Of a DNA stretch of 64,000 nucleotides, positions 1-9,329 are shown piece after piece; the first letter of the stretch is position 1, and each line of letters begins with the position of its first letter. The translations under genes and the position numbers were made by a program. The notes below the pieces were generated by a model. That model ran no database searches. It was given only the letters and a program-made list of their open reading frames with translations, and was not told where the DNA came from. The DNA is from Acidimicrobiales bacterium (GTDB taxonomy: Bacteria; Actinomycetota; Acidimicrobiia; Acidimicrobiales; CADCTF01), in the NCBI GenBank assembly GCA_035540495.1, contig DATLGL010000047.1:30383-94382 (forward strand), given 5' to 3'.

Positions 1-3000
1 GCGGACGTCCTCGCAGCTGTGGCGGCCACGGCAACCGTCGCGATCACACTGCCAGCGCTGTGGTCGGGCGCCTTGGTGGACCCGAACCTCCGGCGGCCGG
101 AGGACATCCCCGAGTGGAACATCGAGGCGGCTCGAGCACTCGACCAGGGCGAGCCTCGCAACCGTGTGCTGGAGATCCCGGGCACCGACTTCGCCGCGTT
201 CCGGTGGGGCAACACCATCGACCCGCTGCTGCCGGGCCTGATCGACCGGCCGTGGGTGAGCCGCGAGAGCGCGCCGCAGGGCACGCCCGGCACCATCTCC
301 CTCGTCACCGCACTCGATCGGCGCGTGCAGGAAGGACTGCTCGAGACCGAGGCGCTCGCTCGCGTCGCGCGCCTCGTGTCGGCGGGCGATCTCGTCGTGC
401 GAGGCGATCTTCAGACGGAGCGGTACCGCACGCCGCGTCCGCGCGTGCTCGCCGACCTCGTCACGCCGACGCCGCCAGGGCTGTCGGGCCCCGCGACCTT
501 CGGCCCGGCAGGCCAGAACGTGCCGCCGCCATCGCTTCCGCTGGTCGACGAGATCACGCTCGGCCTCCCGTCCGACACGCCCGACCTCGCGGCGCTGTCG
601 GTCTTCGGCGTCGAGGGCGCGCCGCAGCTCGTGCGCTCGATCGGCCTCGCACGGCCGGCACTCGTCGACGGCGACGGCGAAGGTCTCGTCGAACTCGCTG
701 CCGCAGGACTTCTCGACGGGCGAGAGCTGGTGGCGTTCGGCCCGACGGCGACGTCGTCGGCCGCTGCGCGCCGTGCGCTCCTGCGCGACGACGCGCGCCT
801 CGTCGTGACCGACACGAATCGCCGCCGAGCGCAGCGCTTCACCCAGCTCCGGGAGAACTACGGCTTCACCGAGCAGGCAGGGGAGCGGCCGCTCCGGCCG
901 GATGCGGCCGACGCGCGCATGGACCTGTTCCCCGGCGCGGGCGACGACGCCAGGACCGTTGCCGTCGTGTCGGGCGTGCGCTCGATCCGCGCCACGGCGT
1001 ACGGCAACACGATCACCTACATCCCCGAGGAGCGCCCGTTCGCCGCGATCGACGACAGCATCGACACGGCATGGCGCGTCGGCGCGTTCGAGTCGCCGAT
1101 CGGTCACCGACTCCGGATCGAACTGGCGGAGCCGACGACCTTGGAGGAGCTGGTCCTCACCCAGCCGGTCACCGGCGCCCGCAACCGCTGGATCACCAAG
1201 GTCGGCATCCGGCTCGACGGCGGCCGGCCGCGCCAGGTCGTCCTCGACGACTCGTCGCGGCTCGCAGCGGGTCAACGCATCCCCATGGATGGCACGCGCG
1301 CGACGGTCGTGGAGCTGGAGGTGCTCGAGGACAACGTGGGCAAGCGGCCCGACTACGTCGGTCTGTCCGCCGTCGGGTTCGCCGACGTCCGCGTCGTCAC
1401 GCCGGCGGGACTGGTCGTGGCCGACGAGTGGATCCGCCCTCCCCGCACGCTCCTCGACGCGGCCGGGACGCGATCCGCGTCGCACGACCTCACCTACGTC
1501 TTCTCACGGCTGCGCGCGAACCCGGCCGAGCCGGTGCGGGCCGACCCGGAGCGTCGGATGCAGCGAATCGTCTCCCTGCCGACGTCACGCGCGTTCCAGT
1601 TGTCGGGCTCGGCGCGGATCTCGGCCAGGGTCGGCGACGACAGGATCGATGCGCTTCTCGGGCTGCCCGCGGCAGATGCCGGAGGACTCACGGCGAGGTC
1701 ATCCAGCCGCCTGCCCGGGTCGCTCATCGCGCGCGCGTCGAGCGCGTTCGATGGTGACACCTCCACCGCGTGGATCCCGGCATTCAACGCGGAGGGGGAG
1801 CAGTACCTCGAGGTGGTGCTCCCGCAGCCGGCCACGATCGACCGCCTCGACCTCCGGCTCGTCGTCGACGGACGCCACAGCGTCCCCACGCTGCTGCAGC
1901 TCACGAGCGGCACCGAGGTGCGCACGATCGTCGTCCCCGACCAGCCCGCGGAGGTTCCCGGCGGCATCGCCGAGGTGCCGGTCGAGCTCGATCCCATCAC
2001 CGGCACGACCTTCACGCTCACGATCGGCGAGGTCGCGACGCGCACCACCACCGACTACTTCAGCCGAGCCCAGCTGCCGCTGCCCGTCGCAATCGCGGAA
2101 GTCGGGTTGCCCGGCGTCGTGCGCCCGCCGTTGCCTCAGCAGGTGCCAACCACCTGCCGGGGCGACGTGCTTCGCGTCGACGACCGCTGGGTGCCGATCC
2201 GCCTCGCCGGCGACGCCGCCGCGGCGGCTCGAGGCGGCCAGCTGTCGATCGAGCCGTGTGACCACGGGCAGCTCGACCTCGCCGCCGGCGACCACCGCCT
2301 GCAGACCGCCGCCGGCGTGAACACCGGCATCGACGTCGACCGGCTCGTGCTCGACTCGCCGACGAACCGAGCAGGTGGAGGGGCAGGTGCCGGCGCGGAC
2401 CGCGAGCTTCGATGGGAGCGCACGTCGCGATCGAGCTACCGCGTGACGGTGCCCGCCGATCGGAACGACTCGTGGCTCGTCCTCGCGGAGTCGCTGAGCC
2501 CCGGCTGGTCGGCCAAGGTCGAGAGCGGCGGCGACCTCGGCGATCCGGTGCTCCTCAACGGGTTCGCGAACGGATGGCTCGTCGATCGTGAGGTGGTCGG
2601 AACCGGTGAGGTCGACATCGAGCTCCGGTGGACGCCTCAGCGAGCGGTGACCGCCGGGCTCGTCGTCTCGGCGATCGGGGCGCTCGCCTGCATCGCTCTC
2701 CTTGCCGTCAGCCACCGGGCCGGGCCCGGACATCGAGTCGATCGATGTCTCGTCGTCGAGGCGCCGTCGTGGGGTCCGGTGGTGCAGCCGGCGGACGTCG
2801 CAAGCGGTCGTGGCACCGCCGTCCCGACACGTGCGAGCGCGGCTGCTGCTGTCGCATGCGCCGGATTCGCCGCGTTCGTCGCGTCCCCGGCGCACGGGGT
2901 CGTCGCGGCCGTGCTCGTGGCGGTCGCTGCGAGCGTGCGCTGGGCCCGGGCGCTGCCTATGGCGGTCGCGGTCGGGGCCGCCGCAGCAGGCGGCGCCGGC

Positions 3001-3189
3001 ACGTTGCTCCTCCAGGTCCGGCACGGCTACGCGCCGGGATTCGAGTGGGCCTCGAACTTCGACCGGCTCCATTCGATCGGGTGGTTTGTTTTCGTGGGCG
3101 TAGCGGCGGAGATCGTCGTGAGCATGGTCGGTGCGCGTACGGGTACCAACCGGACAGATCGGGATCCGGAGGAGCCTGAAGTTGGCTGA
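1..3189 (+). CDS. AftD-like alpha-(1->3)-arabinofuranosyltransferase family (DUF3367-type) large membrane protein, 5' end outside window
   Basis: Frame 1 is open from nt 1; the track starts it at an internal GTG at 19. Two discoidin/F5-8-C-like segments (DDSIDTAWRVG.., FDGDTSTAWIP..). 'SPGWSAKV...NGFANGWLV' block and C-terminal TM helices as in actinobacterial AftD-family proteins. Assigned from remembered family resemblance only. Confidence 0.55.
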   Translation, partial: ADVLAAVAATATVAITLPALWSGALVDPNLRRPEDIPEWNIEAARALDQGEPRNRVLEIPGTDFAAFRWGNTIDPLLPGLIDRPWVSRESAPQGTPGTISLVTALDRRVQEGLLETEALARVARLVSAGDLVVRGDLQTERYRTPRPRVLADLVTPTPPGLSGPATFGPAGQNVPPPSLPLVDEITLGLPSDTPDLAALSVFGVEGAPQLVRSIGLARPALVDGDGEGLVELAAAGLLDGRELVAFGPTATSSAAARRALLRDDARLVVTDTNRRRAQRFTQLRENYGFTEQAGERPLRPDAADARMDLFPGAGDDARTVAVVSGVRSIRATAYGNTITYIPEERPFAAIDDSIDTAWRVGAFESPIGHRLRIELAEPTTLEELVLTQPVTGARNRWITKVGIRLDGGRPRQVVLDDSSRLAAGQRIPMDGTRATVVELEVLEDNVGKRPDYVGLSAVGFADVRVVTPAGLVVADEWIRPPRTLLDAAGTRSASHDLTYVFSRLRANPAEPVRADPERRMQRIVSLPTSRAFQLSGSARISARVGDDRIDALLGLPAADAGGLTARSSSRLPGSLIARASSAFDGDTSTAWIPAFNAEGEQYLEVVLPQPATIDRLDLRLVVDGRHSVPTLLQLTSGTEVRTIVVPDQPAEVPGGIAEVPVELDPITGTTFTLTIGEVATRTTTDYFSRAQLPLPVAIAEVGLPGVVRPPLPQQVPTTCRGDVLRVDDRWVPIRLAGDAAAAARGGQLSIEPCDHGQLDLAAGDHRLQTAAGVNTGIDVDRLVLDSPTNRAGGGAGAGADRELRWERTSRSSYRVTVPADRNDSWLVLAESLSPGWSAKVESGGDLGDPVLLNGFANGWLVDREVVGTGEVDIELRWTPQRAVTAGLVVSAIGALACIALLAVSHRAGPGHRVDRCLVVEAPSWGPVVQPADVASGRGTAVPTRASAAAAVACAGFAAFVASPAHGVVAAVLVAVAASVRWARALPMAVAVGAAAAGGAGTLLLQVRHGYAPGFEWASNFDRLHSIGWFVFVGVAAEIVVSMVGARTGTNRTDRDPEEPEVG

Positions 3190-3243
3190 AGTTTCCGCCG
3201 TTTGCGACGAACGTGTTACGAACCCGGGTAGATTCCCGGTGGT

Positions 3244-3259
3244 TGTGACTACCGTCACA
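3244..3259. promoter_or_regulatory. Candidate CRP/GlxR-family operator, perfect TGTGA-N6-TCACA (core of the 20-bp palindrome GTTGTGAC-TACC-GTCACAAC, 3242-3261)
   Basis: Read directly from the sequence. Lies about 50 nt upstream of the GTG start (3310) of the ABC substrate-binding gene, in the lower-GC intergenic region. An AGGAGAG RBS sits at 3297-3303. Confidence 0.45.
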
Positions 3260-3309
3260 ACGGGGGAAAGCGCCGCAGATCGCGGTGGATACCGACAGGA
3301 GAGCGATAC

Positions 3310-5007
3310 GTGACAGCACGTACCCCGTCGCAGCGATCCCTGCTGCTGCGGCTTCTCGCCCTTCTCGCCATCGTCACCTTCATCGGAGCCGCCTGTGGCG
3401 GCGGTGATGAAGGGGCCGAGGGCGAGAACGAGGGCGGCATCGTCGAGAACGAAACCGAAGATGAAGGCGAGCCCCAGTCGGGCGGGTCTGTCTCGATCGC
3501 TCTCGAAGCGGAGAGCGCCGGCTGGCAGCCGTGCGTCGACGCGCACTCGGAGTCCGGCACGATGGTCATGCGTGCCATCTACGACCCGCTGACCGCTCGC
3601 GGTGAAGACGGCAAGGTGCGCCCGTACCTCGCCGAGACCCTCGATTCCAACGACGACGCGACCGAGTGGACGCTGAAGCTCCGCTCCGGCGTCAAGTTCC
3701 ACGACGGCACCGACCTCACGGCCGATGTCCTCAAGAACAACTTCGACGCGGCGAAGCAGCCGTCGTCGCGTTGCTTCGCCGCACTGCAGCCCATCAAGGA
3801 GATGCAGGTCGTCGACCCGCTCACCGTCAAGTACGTGATGAACTCGCCGTACGGCCCCTTCCCGGAGCTGCTCATGGCGTCGTACCCGTACTCGCCGTCA
3901 AACGCGGAGGCCAAGGGCAAGGACGTGTCGGCGAATCCGGTCGGCACCGGGCCGTTCACCTTCGTGAGCTGGGAGCGTGACTCGAAGCTCACCGTGAAGA
4001 AGAACCCGAACTACTGGCAGAAGGGCCTGCCGTACCTCGACGAGGTCGTCTTCCGCCCCGTGACGGACGAAGACGCCCGTCTCGCAGCGGTGGAGTCCGG
4101 CGAGGTCGACATCATGCACACCCTCCGCCAGGAGACCGTGAAGAACGCCCGCAACCTCGGCGATGCCGTGAACCGCATCGAGTTCGTCGGCAACAACTGC
4201 GGTGGCTCGATCTTCAACACGGCTCGTCCGCCGGTGGACGACAAGCGGGTCCGCAAGGCGCTCGCTTACGCCATGAACCAGGAAGAGCTCATCGCGATCC
4301 TGGGCGGTGAGGGCATCAGCCCCAGCTGCACGCAGTTCTTCTCGAAGGACTCGCCGTGGTACTCGGAGAAGATCGCCAAGGCCTACCCGCAGAACAAGCC
4401 GGCCGAAGGCAAGAAGCTCCTCGACGAGTACAAGAACGACCCGGCCCGCTCCGACAAGAAGGCTGCCGGAGCCGAGGTCGTCGTCGAGTTCAACTGCCCG
4501 CCGGACCCGACCCTGATCGCTGTGGCCCAGGGCTACCAGCAGCAGGCGCAGGCCGTCGGCTTCAAGATGAACCTGAACCAGGTCGAGCAGGCCACCCACA
4601 TCAACAACGCCGTGGGCAAGCCGCCGTTCACCGACGCCGACTACATGATCAACTGCTGGCGTCTCGGCAGCCAGGGCGACCCTGACTCGGTGCTGTTCAA
4701 CCAGTACGGCGACCCGAACAACAACGCCTCGAACGTCACCAACTTCTCCACGCCCGAGCTGCAGTCGCTGCTGAAGCAGGGCCGTGAGGAGTCCGACCCC
4801 GCGAAGCGCAAGGAGATCTACGAGAAGGTCCACGAGATCTTCAACGACGAGGTCCCCCACGTGTGGACCGGCGCTACGGTGACGTCCGTCGTGTCGAAGC
4901 CCGCGGTGAAGGGCATCCAGGGATGGACCTTCCCGGGCGGGAAGACCAAGGGCAACGGTGCCGAGAACTCCGGCATCCGCTTCGTCCAGGTCTGGGTCCA
5001 GAAGTAA
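3310..5007 (+). CDS. ABC transporter substrate-binding protein, family 5 (peptide/nickel, DppA/OppA-like), probable lipoprotein
   Basis: N-terminal signal with ..IGAAC-GGG lipobox-like cysteine. Family-5 SBP-like sequence throughout. First gene of an SBP-permease-permease-ATPase-ATPase operon. Confidence 0.85.
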   Translation: MTARTPSQRSLLLRLLALLAIVTFIGAACGGGDEGAEGENEGGIVENETEDEGEPQSGGSVSIALEAESAGWQPCVDAHSESGTMVMRAIYDPLTARGEDGKVRPYLAETLDSNDDATEWTLKLRSGVKFHDGTDLTADVLKNNFDAAKQPSSRCFAALQPIKEMQVVDPLTVKYVMNSPYGPFPELLMASYPYSPSNAEAKGKDVSANPVGTGPFTFVSWERDSKLTVKKNPNYWQKGLPYLDEVVFRPVTDEDARLAAVESGEVDIMHTLRQETVKNARNLGDAVNRIEFVGNNCGGSIFNTARPPVDDKRVRKALAYAMNQEELIAILGGEGISPSCTQFFSKDSPWYSEKIAKAYPQNKPAEGKKLLDEYKNDPARSDKKAAGAEVVVEFNCPPDPTLIAVAQGYQQQAQAVGFKMNLNQVEQATHINNAVGKPPFTDADYMINCWRLGSQGDPDSVLFNQYGDPNNNASNVTNFSTPELQSLLKQGREESDPAKRKEIYEKVHEIFNDEVPHVWTGATVTSVVSKPAVKGIQGWTFPGGKTKGNGAENSGIRFVQVWVQK

Positions 5008-5056
5008 TCACCTGATTCATCGGTTAGCGAACGAGTAGAGGGACGGTCGGACTGCC

Positions 5057-6010
5057 TTGGTGTTGCTGCGCAAGTTGCTCACGTTGGTTCCGACCGTCCT
5101 TCTCGTCTCGTTCCTGACGTACGTACTCGTCGATCTCCTGCCGGGTGACGCCGCCACGCTCCTCGCTGGCAACGACCCCCGGCAGGAGACGATCGATGCG
5201 ATCCGCGAGGAGCTCAACCTCAACGATCCGCTGCCGGTCCGCTACGTGAAGTGGCTCGGCGACGTCGCGACCGGCGACTTCGGCCGCTCGTTCCGCACGA
5301 ACCAGCCGGTGCTCGAGGCGATCGGCGAGCGCCTGCCGATCACCCTGCAGATCGGCCTGATGGCGTTGCTGTTCGCCATCATCCTCTCGATCCCGCTCGG
5401 GGTCATCTCGGCCTATCGGGCCAACACCGCGATCGACAAGACGATCACCACCGTGAGCTTCGGGCTCCTGGCCATCCCCAACTTCGTGATGGCGCTCGTG
5501 CTGCTCTACGTGTTCGCGGTCCGGTTTCGCATCTTCCCCGCGGTCGGCTGGACCCGCATCACCGAAGATCTCGGCGAGAACATCAAACGCTCGATCCTGC
5601 CTGCGCTGTCGCTCAGCATCGGTCAGCTCGCCGTGTACACCCGGCTGCTGCGCACCGACATGATCGCGACGCTCCAGGAAGACTTCGTGTCGATGGCCAA
5701 GGCGAAGGGGCTGCCGACGTGGCGCATCCTCTTCACCCACGCCCTGCGGCCGTCGTCGTTCTCGTTGCTCACGATCGTCGGTCTCCAGGTCGGCGGTCTC
5801 ATCGGTGGGGCCGTGATCGTCGAGCAGTTCTTCGCCCTGCCGGGCATCGGACGCATGCTGTTCGAGGCCATCTCCCAGCGCGACCTCGTGCTGGTGCAGG
5901 GCGTCGTCCTGTTCATCGGTCTCACAACCGTGCTCGCCAACTTCGCTGTTGACCTCGTGTACAGCGTGCTCGACCCGAGGATCCGCCGTGGCTCGACCCG
6001 TGCAGCCTGA
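5057..6010 (+). CDS. ABC transporter permease (DppB/OppB-like)
   Basis: N-terminus 'LLRKLLTLVPTVLLVSFLTYVLVDLLPGD' and a multi-TM BPD-type permease pattern. Start could be TTG 5057 or GTG 5060. Confidence 0.85.
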   Translation: MVLLRKLLTLVPTVLLVSFLTYVLVDLLPGDAATLLAGNDPRQETIDAIREELNLNDPLPVRYVKWLGDVATGDFGRSFRTNQPVLEAIGERLPITLQIGLMALLFAIILSIPLGVISAYRANTAIDKTITTVSFGLLAIPNFVMALVLLYVFAVRFRIFPAVGWTRITEDLGENIKRSILPALSLSIGQLAVYTRLLRTDMIATLQEDFVSMAKAKGLPTWRILFTHALRPSSFSLLTIVGLQVGGLIGGAVIVEQFFALPGIGRMLFEAISQRDLVLVQGVVLFIGLTTVLANFAVDLVYSVLDPRIRRGSTRAA

Positions 6011-6968
6011 TCTCGATCCGTCGTCGGACGCCCCGAACGACGGGTCCGCACCCGACCAGCTCGCTGCTCCTGCCGGCGTCGCCGTCGCCGAGCAGGGCAT
6101 CTCCGCCGGTGCCTCCGGCGGCGCGGCCATCCAGCTGCCGGCGCCGCCGCGGAAGAAGTGGCGCATCTTCTACTACCTGGCGATCGCATGGCTCGCGTTG
6201 ATCGTCTTCGCCGCCGTGTTCGCGGACGTCCTGCCGCTCCGCGACCCGAACTTCCAGGTCGTTCGTGACCGCCTCGCCGCCCCTGGTGAGAAGGGCTACA
6301 TCCTCGGCACCGACGACCTCGGCCGCGACCTGTTGAGCCGCCTGGCCTACGGCGCCCGCGTCTCGTTGATCATCTCGATCACCGCGGTACTCATCGGCAG
6401 CATCTTCGGTGGAGCGCTCGGCCTCACGGCCGGCTTCTTCCGCGGCTGGTACGAGCGCATTGTCATGTCGTTCGTCGACGTGCTCCTGGCGTTCCCAGCC
6501 CTCGTCCTTCTGCTCGCGCTCGTCGCCTTCGTCGGTCAGAGCCTGCGGACGATCTCGCTCGTGATCGGCTTCCTCGCCATCCCGTCGTACTCGAGAGTCG
6601 CGAGAGCCACCACGCTCGCGGTGTCGCAACGCGAGTACGTGATGGCGGCACGAGCGCTGGGGGCCAAGTCGTCCCGCATCCTGTTCAAGGAGCTGCTGCC
6701 GAACGTCGCGCTCCCGGTCGTGGCGTTCGGTCTCGTCGCCCTCGGCCTCGTCATCGTCGCCGAAGGCGGCCTGGCCTTCCTCGGCCTCTCGGTCGAGTTC
6801 CCGACGGCCACCTGGGGTTCCCTCATCGCTCAGGGCAAGCGCAGCATCCGCTCGGCGCCGCACCTCGCGCTCATCCCGTCGCTGGTGATGCTCCTCACGG
6901 TCCTCTCGCTCAACTACGTGGGCGACACTCTCCGCAGCCGCTTCGACGTCAGGGAGTCCGCCCTCTAA
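5949..6968 (+). CDS. ABC transporter permease (DppC/OppC-like)
   Basis: BPD-transport permease pattern ('ILGTDDLGRDLLSRL', TM helices). Start uncertain: TTG 5949, or in-frame GTG at 5988 or 6000. All overlap the upstream stop at 6008-6010. Confidence 0.8.
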   Translation: MTSCTACSTRGSAVARPVQPDLDPSSDAPNDGSAPDQLAAPAGVAVAEQGISAGASGGAAIQLPAPPRKKWRIFYYLAIAWLALIVFAAVFADVLPLRDPNFQVVRDRLAAPGEKGYILGTDDLGRDLLSRLAYGARVSLIISITAVLIGSIFGGALGLTAGFFRGWYERIVMSFVDVLLAFPALVLLLALVAFVGQSLRTISLVIGFLAIPSYSRVARATTLAVSQREYVMAARALGAKSSRILFKELLPNVALPVVAFGLVALGLVIVAEGGLAFLGLSVEFPTATWGSLIAQGKRSIRSAPHLALIPSLVMLLTVLSLNYVGDTLRSRFDVRESAL

Positions 6969-8161
6969 TGGCCACTCGTCGGGAACAGCGCCGGCATCAG
7001 CGCGAGCTCGACCGGCTCGCGCAGCCCGATCAAACCCACGTCCCGCCGGCGCCCAGCGGCGGCGGCAGCGAACTGCTGCTCGACGTCGACGATCTCCGGA
7101 CGTACTTCCGTTCACCCCGCGGCATCGTCCACGCAGTCGACGGCGTGTCGTTCACCCTCGAGCGGGGCAAGACGCTCGGCGTCGTCGGCGAGTCGGGTTC
7201 GGGCAAGACCGTGCTCTCGCGGTCGATCATGCGGCTCCTCCCTCGCTCGACCACGCTGCACCCGACCGGGCGCGTGATGTTCGAGGGCCGCAACCTCCTC
7301 GAGATCGGCGCGAAGGAGATGCAGGACATCTGGGGCGAGGAGATCGCGATGGTCTTCCAGGACCCGATGACCTCGCTCAACCCGGTCGTCAAGATCGGCC
7401 GCCAGATCACCGAGGGCCTGCGTCACCACCTGGGCATGAGCAAGGACGACGCCAAGGAAGCAGCGATCGCGCTGCTCACCAGCGTCGGCATCCCCGAGCC
7501 CATCCGCCGCCTCAACCAGTACCCGCACGAGCTGTCGGGCGGCATGCGCCAGCGCGTCACGATCGCGATCGCGCTCGCGTGCGGACCCCGCCTGCTGATG
7601 GCCGACGAGCCGACGACGGCGCTCGACGTGACGGTCCAAGCCCAGATCCTCGACCTGCTGCAGAAGCAGCAGCGTGAGCGGTTCATGGCGATGGTGCTCG
7701 TCACCCACGACCTCGGCGTCGTCGCCGGCCGCACCGACGAGATCATCGTCATGTACGCGGGAAAGGTCGTCGAGAAGGCCCCGACGTACCACCTCTTCCA
7801 CGAGATGCGCATGCCCTACACCGAGGCGCTCCTCAAGTCGATCCCGCGGGTGACGAACCCGAGCCACACGCGGCTCCAGGCGATCGTCGGCCGCCCGCCC
7901 GATCTCGTGAAGTTGCCGACGGGGTGCAAGTTCGCGCCGCGCTGCCCGTACGCGCAGGAGAAGTGCCTCGAGGAGGACCCCCCGCTTCTGCCCGGGCCGA
8001 CGCCCGGTCACGAGTACCGCTGCTGGTTCCCCGTCGGCACGCCCGAGGGAACGGCTGCGCTCGAGCGCAACATCCGAGAGCACCGCGTCCCCGGCATGGA
8101 CAACCCTGCCGCGCAGCCCGTACCGCCCGACGTCCTCGAACAGTTGGAGAGCAACGCCTAA
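6968..8161 (+). CDS. ABC transporter ATP-binding protein (DppD/OppD-like)
   Basis: Walker A 'GESGSGKT', signature 'LSGGMRQR', Walker B '[12 protein letters not shown]'. C-terminal oligopeptide-ABC extension with Cys motif '[14 protein letters not shown]'. Confidence 0.9.
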   Translation: MATRREQRRHQRELDRLAQPDQTHVPPAPSGGGSELLLDVDDLRTYFRSPRGIVHAVDGVSFTLERGKTLGVVGESGSGKTVLSRSIMRLLPRSTTLHPTGRVMFEGRNLLEIGAKEMQDIWGEEIAMVFQDPMTSLNPVVKIGRQITEGLRHHLGMSKDDAKEAAIALLTSVGIPEPIRRLNQYPHELSGGMRQRVTIAIALACGPRLLMADEPTTALDVTVQAQILDLLQKQQRERFMAMVLVTHDLGVVAGRTDEIIVMYAGKVVEKAPTYHLFHEMRMPYTEALLKSIPRVTNPSHTRLQAIVGRPPDLVKLPTGCKFAPRCPYAQEKCLEEDPPLLPGPTPGHEYRCWFPVGTPEGTAALERNIREHRVPGMDNPAAQPVPPDVLEQLESNA

Positions 8162-8164
8162 GTC

Positions 8165-9208
8165 ATGGCCGGCACCGGAAAGGCGCATCTGCGCAAGGAC
8201 GCGCTCCTGCGCGTGGAAGACCTCGTCGTCGAGTTCCCTGCGGGTCCTGGCCGAAAGGTCCACGCCGTCTCGGGGATCAGCCTCGATCTGAAGGAAGGCG
8301 AGACCCTGGGGCTCGTCGGTGAGTCGGGCTGCGGCAAGTCGACGACGGGCAAGGCGATCATGCAGCTCCCGCCGCCCACGCGAGGGTCGGTGATCTTCGA
8401 GGGTCGCGATCTCGTCAAGCTTCACGGCGAGGAGCTACGTCGCACGCGCCCGCAGCTGCAGATGATCTTCCAGGACCCGATCTCGTCGCTCAACCCGCGA
8501 CGCAAGATCAAGGAGATCATCAGCGAGCCGCTGTCGATCTGGGGTCGCACCGAGGCCGTGGCGAAGGTCGACGAGGTGCTCGAGGCCGTCGGCCTCGACC
8601 CGGTCGCGGTCGCCGATCGCCGGCCGCACCAGTTCTCCGGTGGCCAGTGCCAGCGCATCTCGATCGCCCGGTCGCTGGTGCTCGACCCCAAGGTGATCAT
8701 CTGCGACGAGCCGGTCTCGGCGCTCGACGTCTCGGTGCAGGCCCAGATCCTGAACCTGCTGGAAGACATGAAGGCCCGCTACCAGCTGACGCTGGTGTTC
8801 ATCGCCCACGACCTCGCCGTCGTGAAGAACGTCAGCGACCGCGTCGCGGTCATGTACCTCGGCAAGGTGTGTGAGGTCGCGGGCTCCGACGACCTCTACG
8901 AGCAGCCCCACCACCCGTACACCGCGGCCCTCCTGGCGTCGATCCCCGAGCCGAACCCGGAAGCCCGCCCGTCTGCGGCGGGGTTGAAGGGCGAGCTGCC
9001 GTCGCCCCTCGACCCGCCCTCCGGCTGCCGCTTCCGGACGCGATGCCCGCGTGCGCAAGATCGCTGCGCGGCCGAGGAGCCGCTCATGCGCGAGGTCGAG
9101 ACCGACCACTTCGTCGCGTGCCACTTCCCGCTGAGCGCCCCGGTCGCCCCGCCCCGGGAAGAGCTCGAGCGGGCGGAGCAGCAGCACCTGGCCTCGCTGA
9201 AGTCTTGA
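8165..9208 (+). CDS. ABC transporter ATP-binding protein (DppF/OppF-like)
   Basis: Walker A 'GESGCGKST', signature 'FSGGQCQR', Walker B 'IICDEPVSALD', C-terminal 'CRFRTRCPRAQDRC'. Confidence 0.9.
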   Translation: MAGTGKAHLRKDALLRVEDLVVEFPAGPGRKVHAVSGISLDLKEGETLGLVGESGCGKSTTGKAIMQLPPPTRGSVIFEGRDLVKLHGEELRRTRPQLQMIFQDPISSLNPRRKIKEIISEPLSIWGRTEAVAKVDEVLEAVGLDPVAVADRRPHQFSGGQCQRISIARSLVLDPKVIICDEPVSALDVSVQAQILNLLEDMKARYQLTLVFIAHDLAVVKNVSDRVAVMYLGKVCEVAGSDDLYEQPHHPYTAALLASIPEPNPEARPSAAGLKGELPSPLDPPSGCRFRTRCPRAQDRCAAEEPLMREVETDHFVACHFPLSAPVAPPREELERAEQQHLASLKS

Positions 9209-9329
9209 AGACCTACCGACTGATCATCGCGGCGTTGATCTGCGCGGTCGTGATACCGCTCGCCTTCGTGGTGCAGCTGCTGATCGCTCGTTAGGGCTAA
9301 CGGGGCCTGCTGGGTAGGCTCCGCCACAT

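Noticed and set aside
1699-3702. 667-aa minus-strand ORF, plus many similar track ORFs, e.g. 5024-6166(-), 5922-7115(-), 7112-8425(-), 9297-10730(-), 12635-13834(-), 27619-28935(-), 36783-39314(-), 43199-45643(-).
   Set aside because: They lie antisense or off-frame to genes with clear family motifs. Their translations are Arg/Pro/Gly/Ala-rich low-complexity strings with no motifs. These are the classic shadow ORFs of high-GC DNA.
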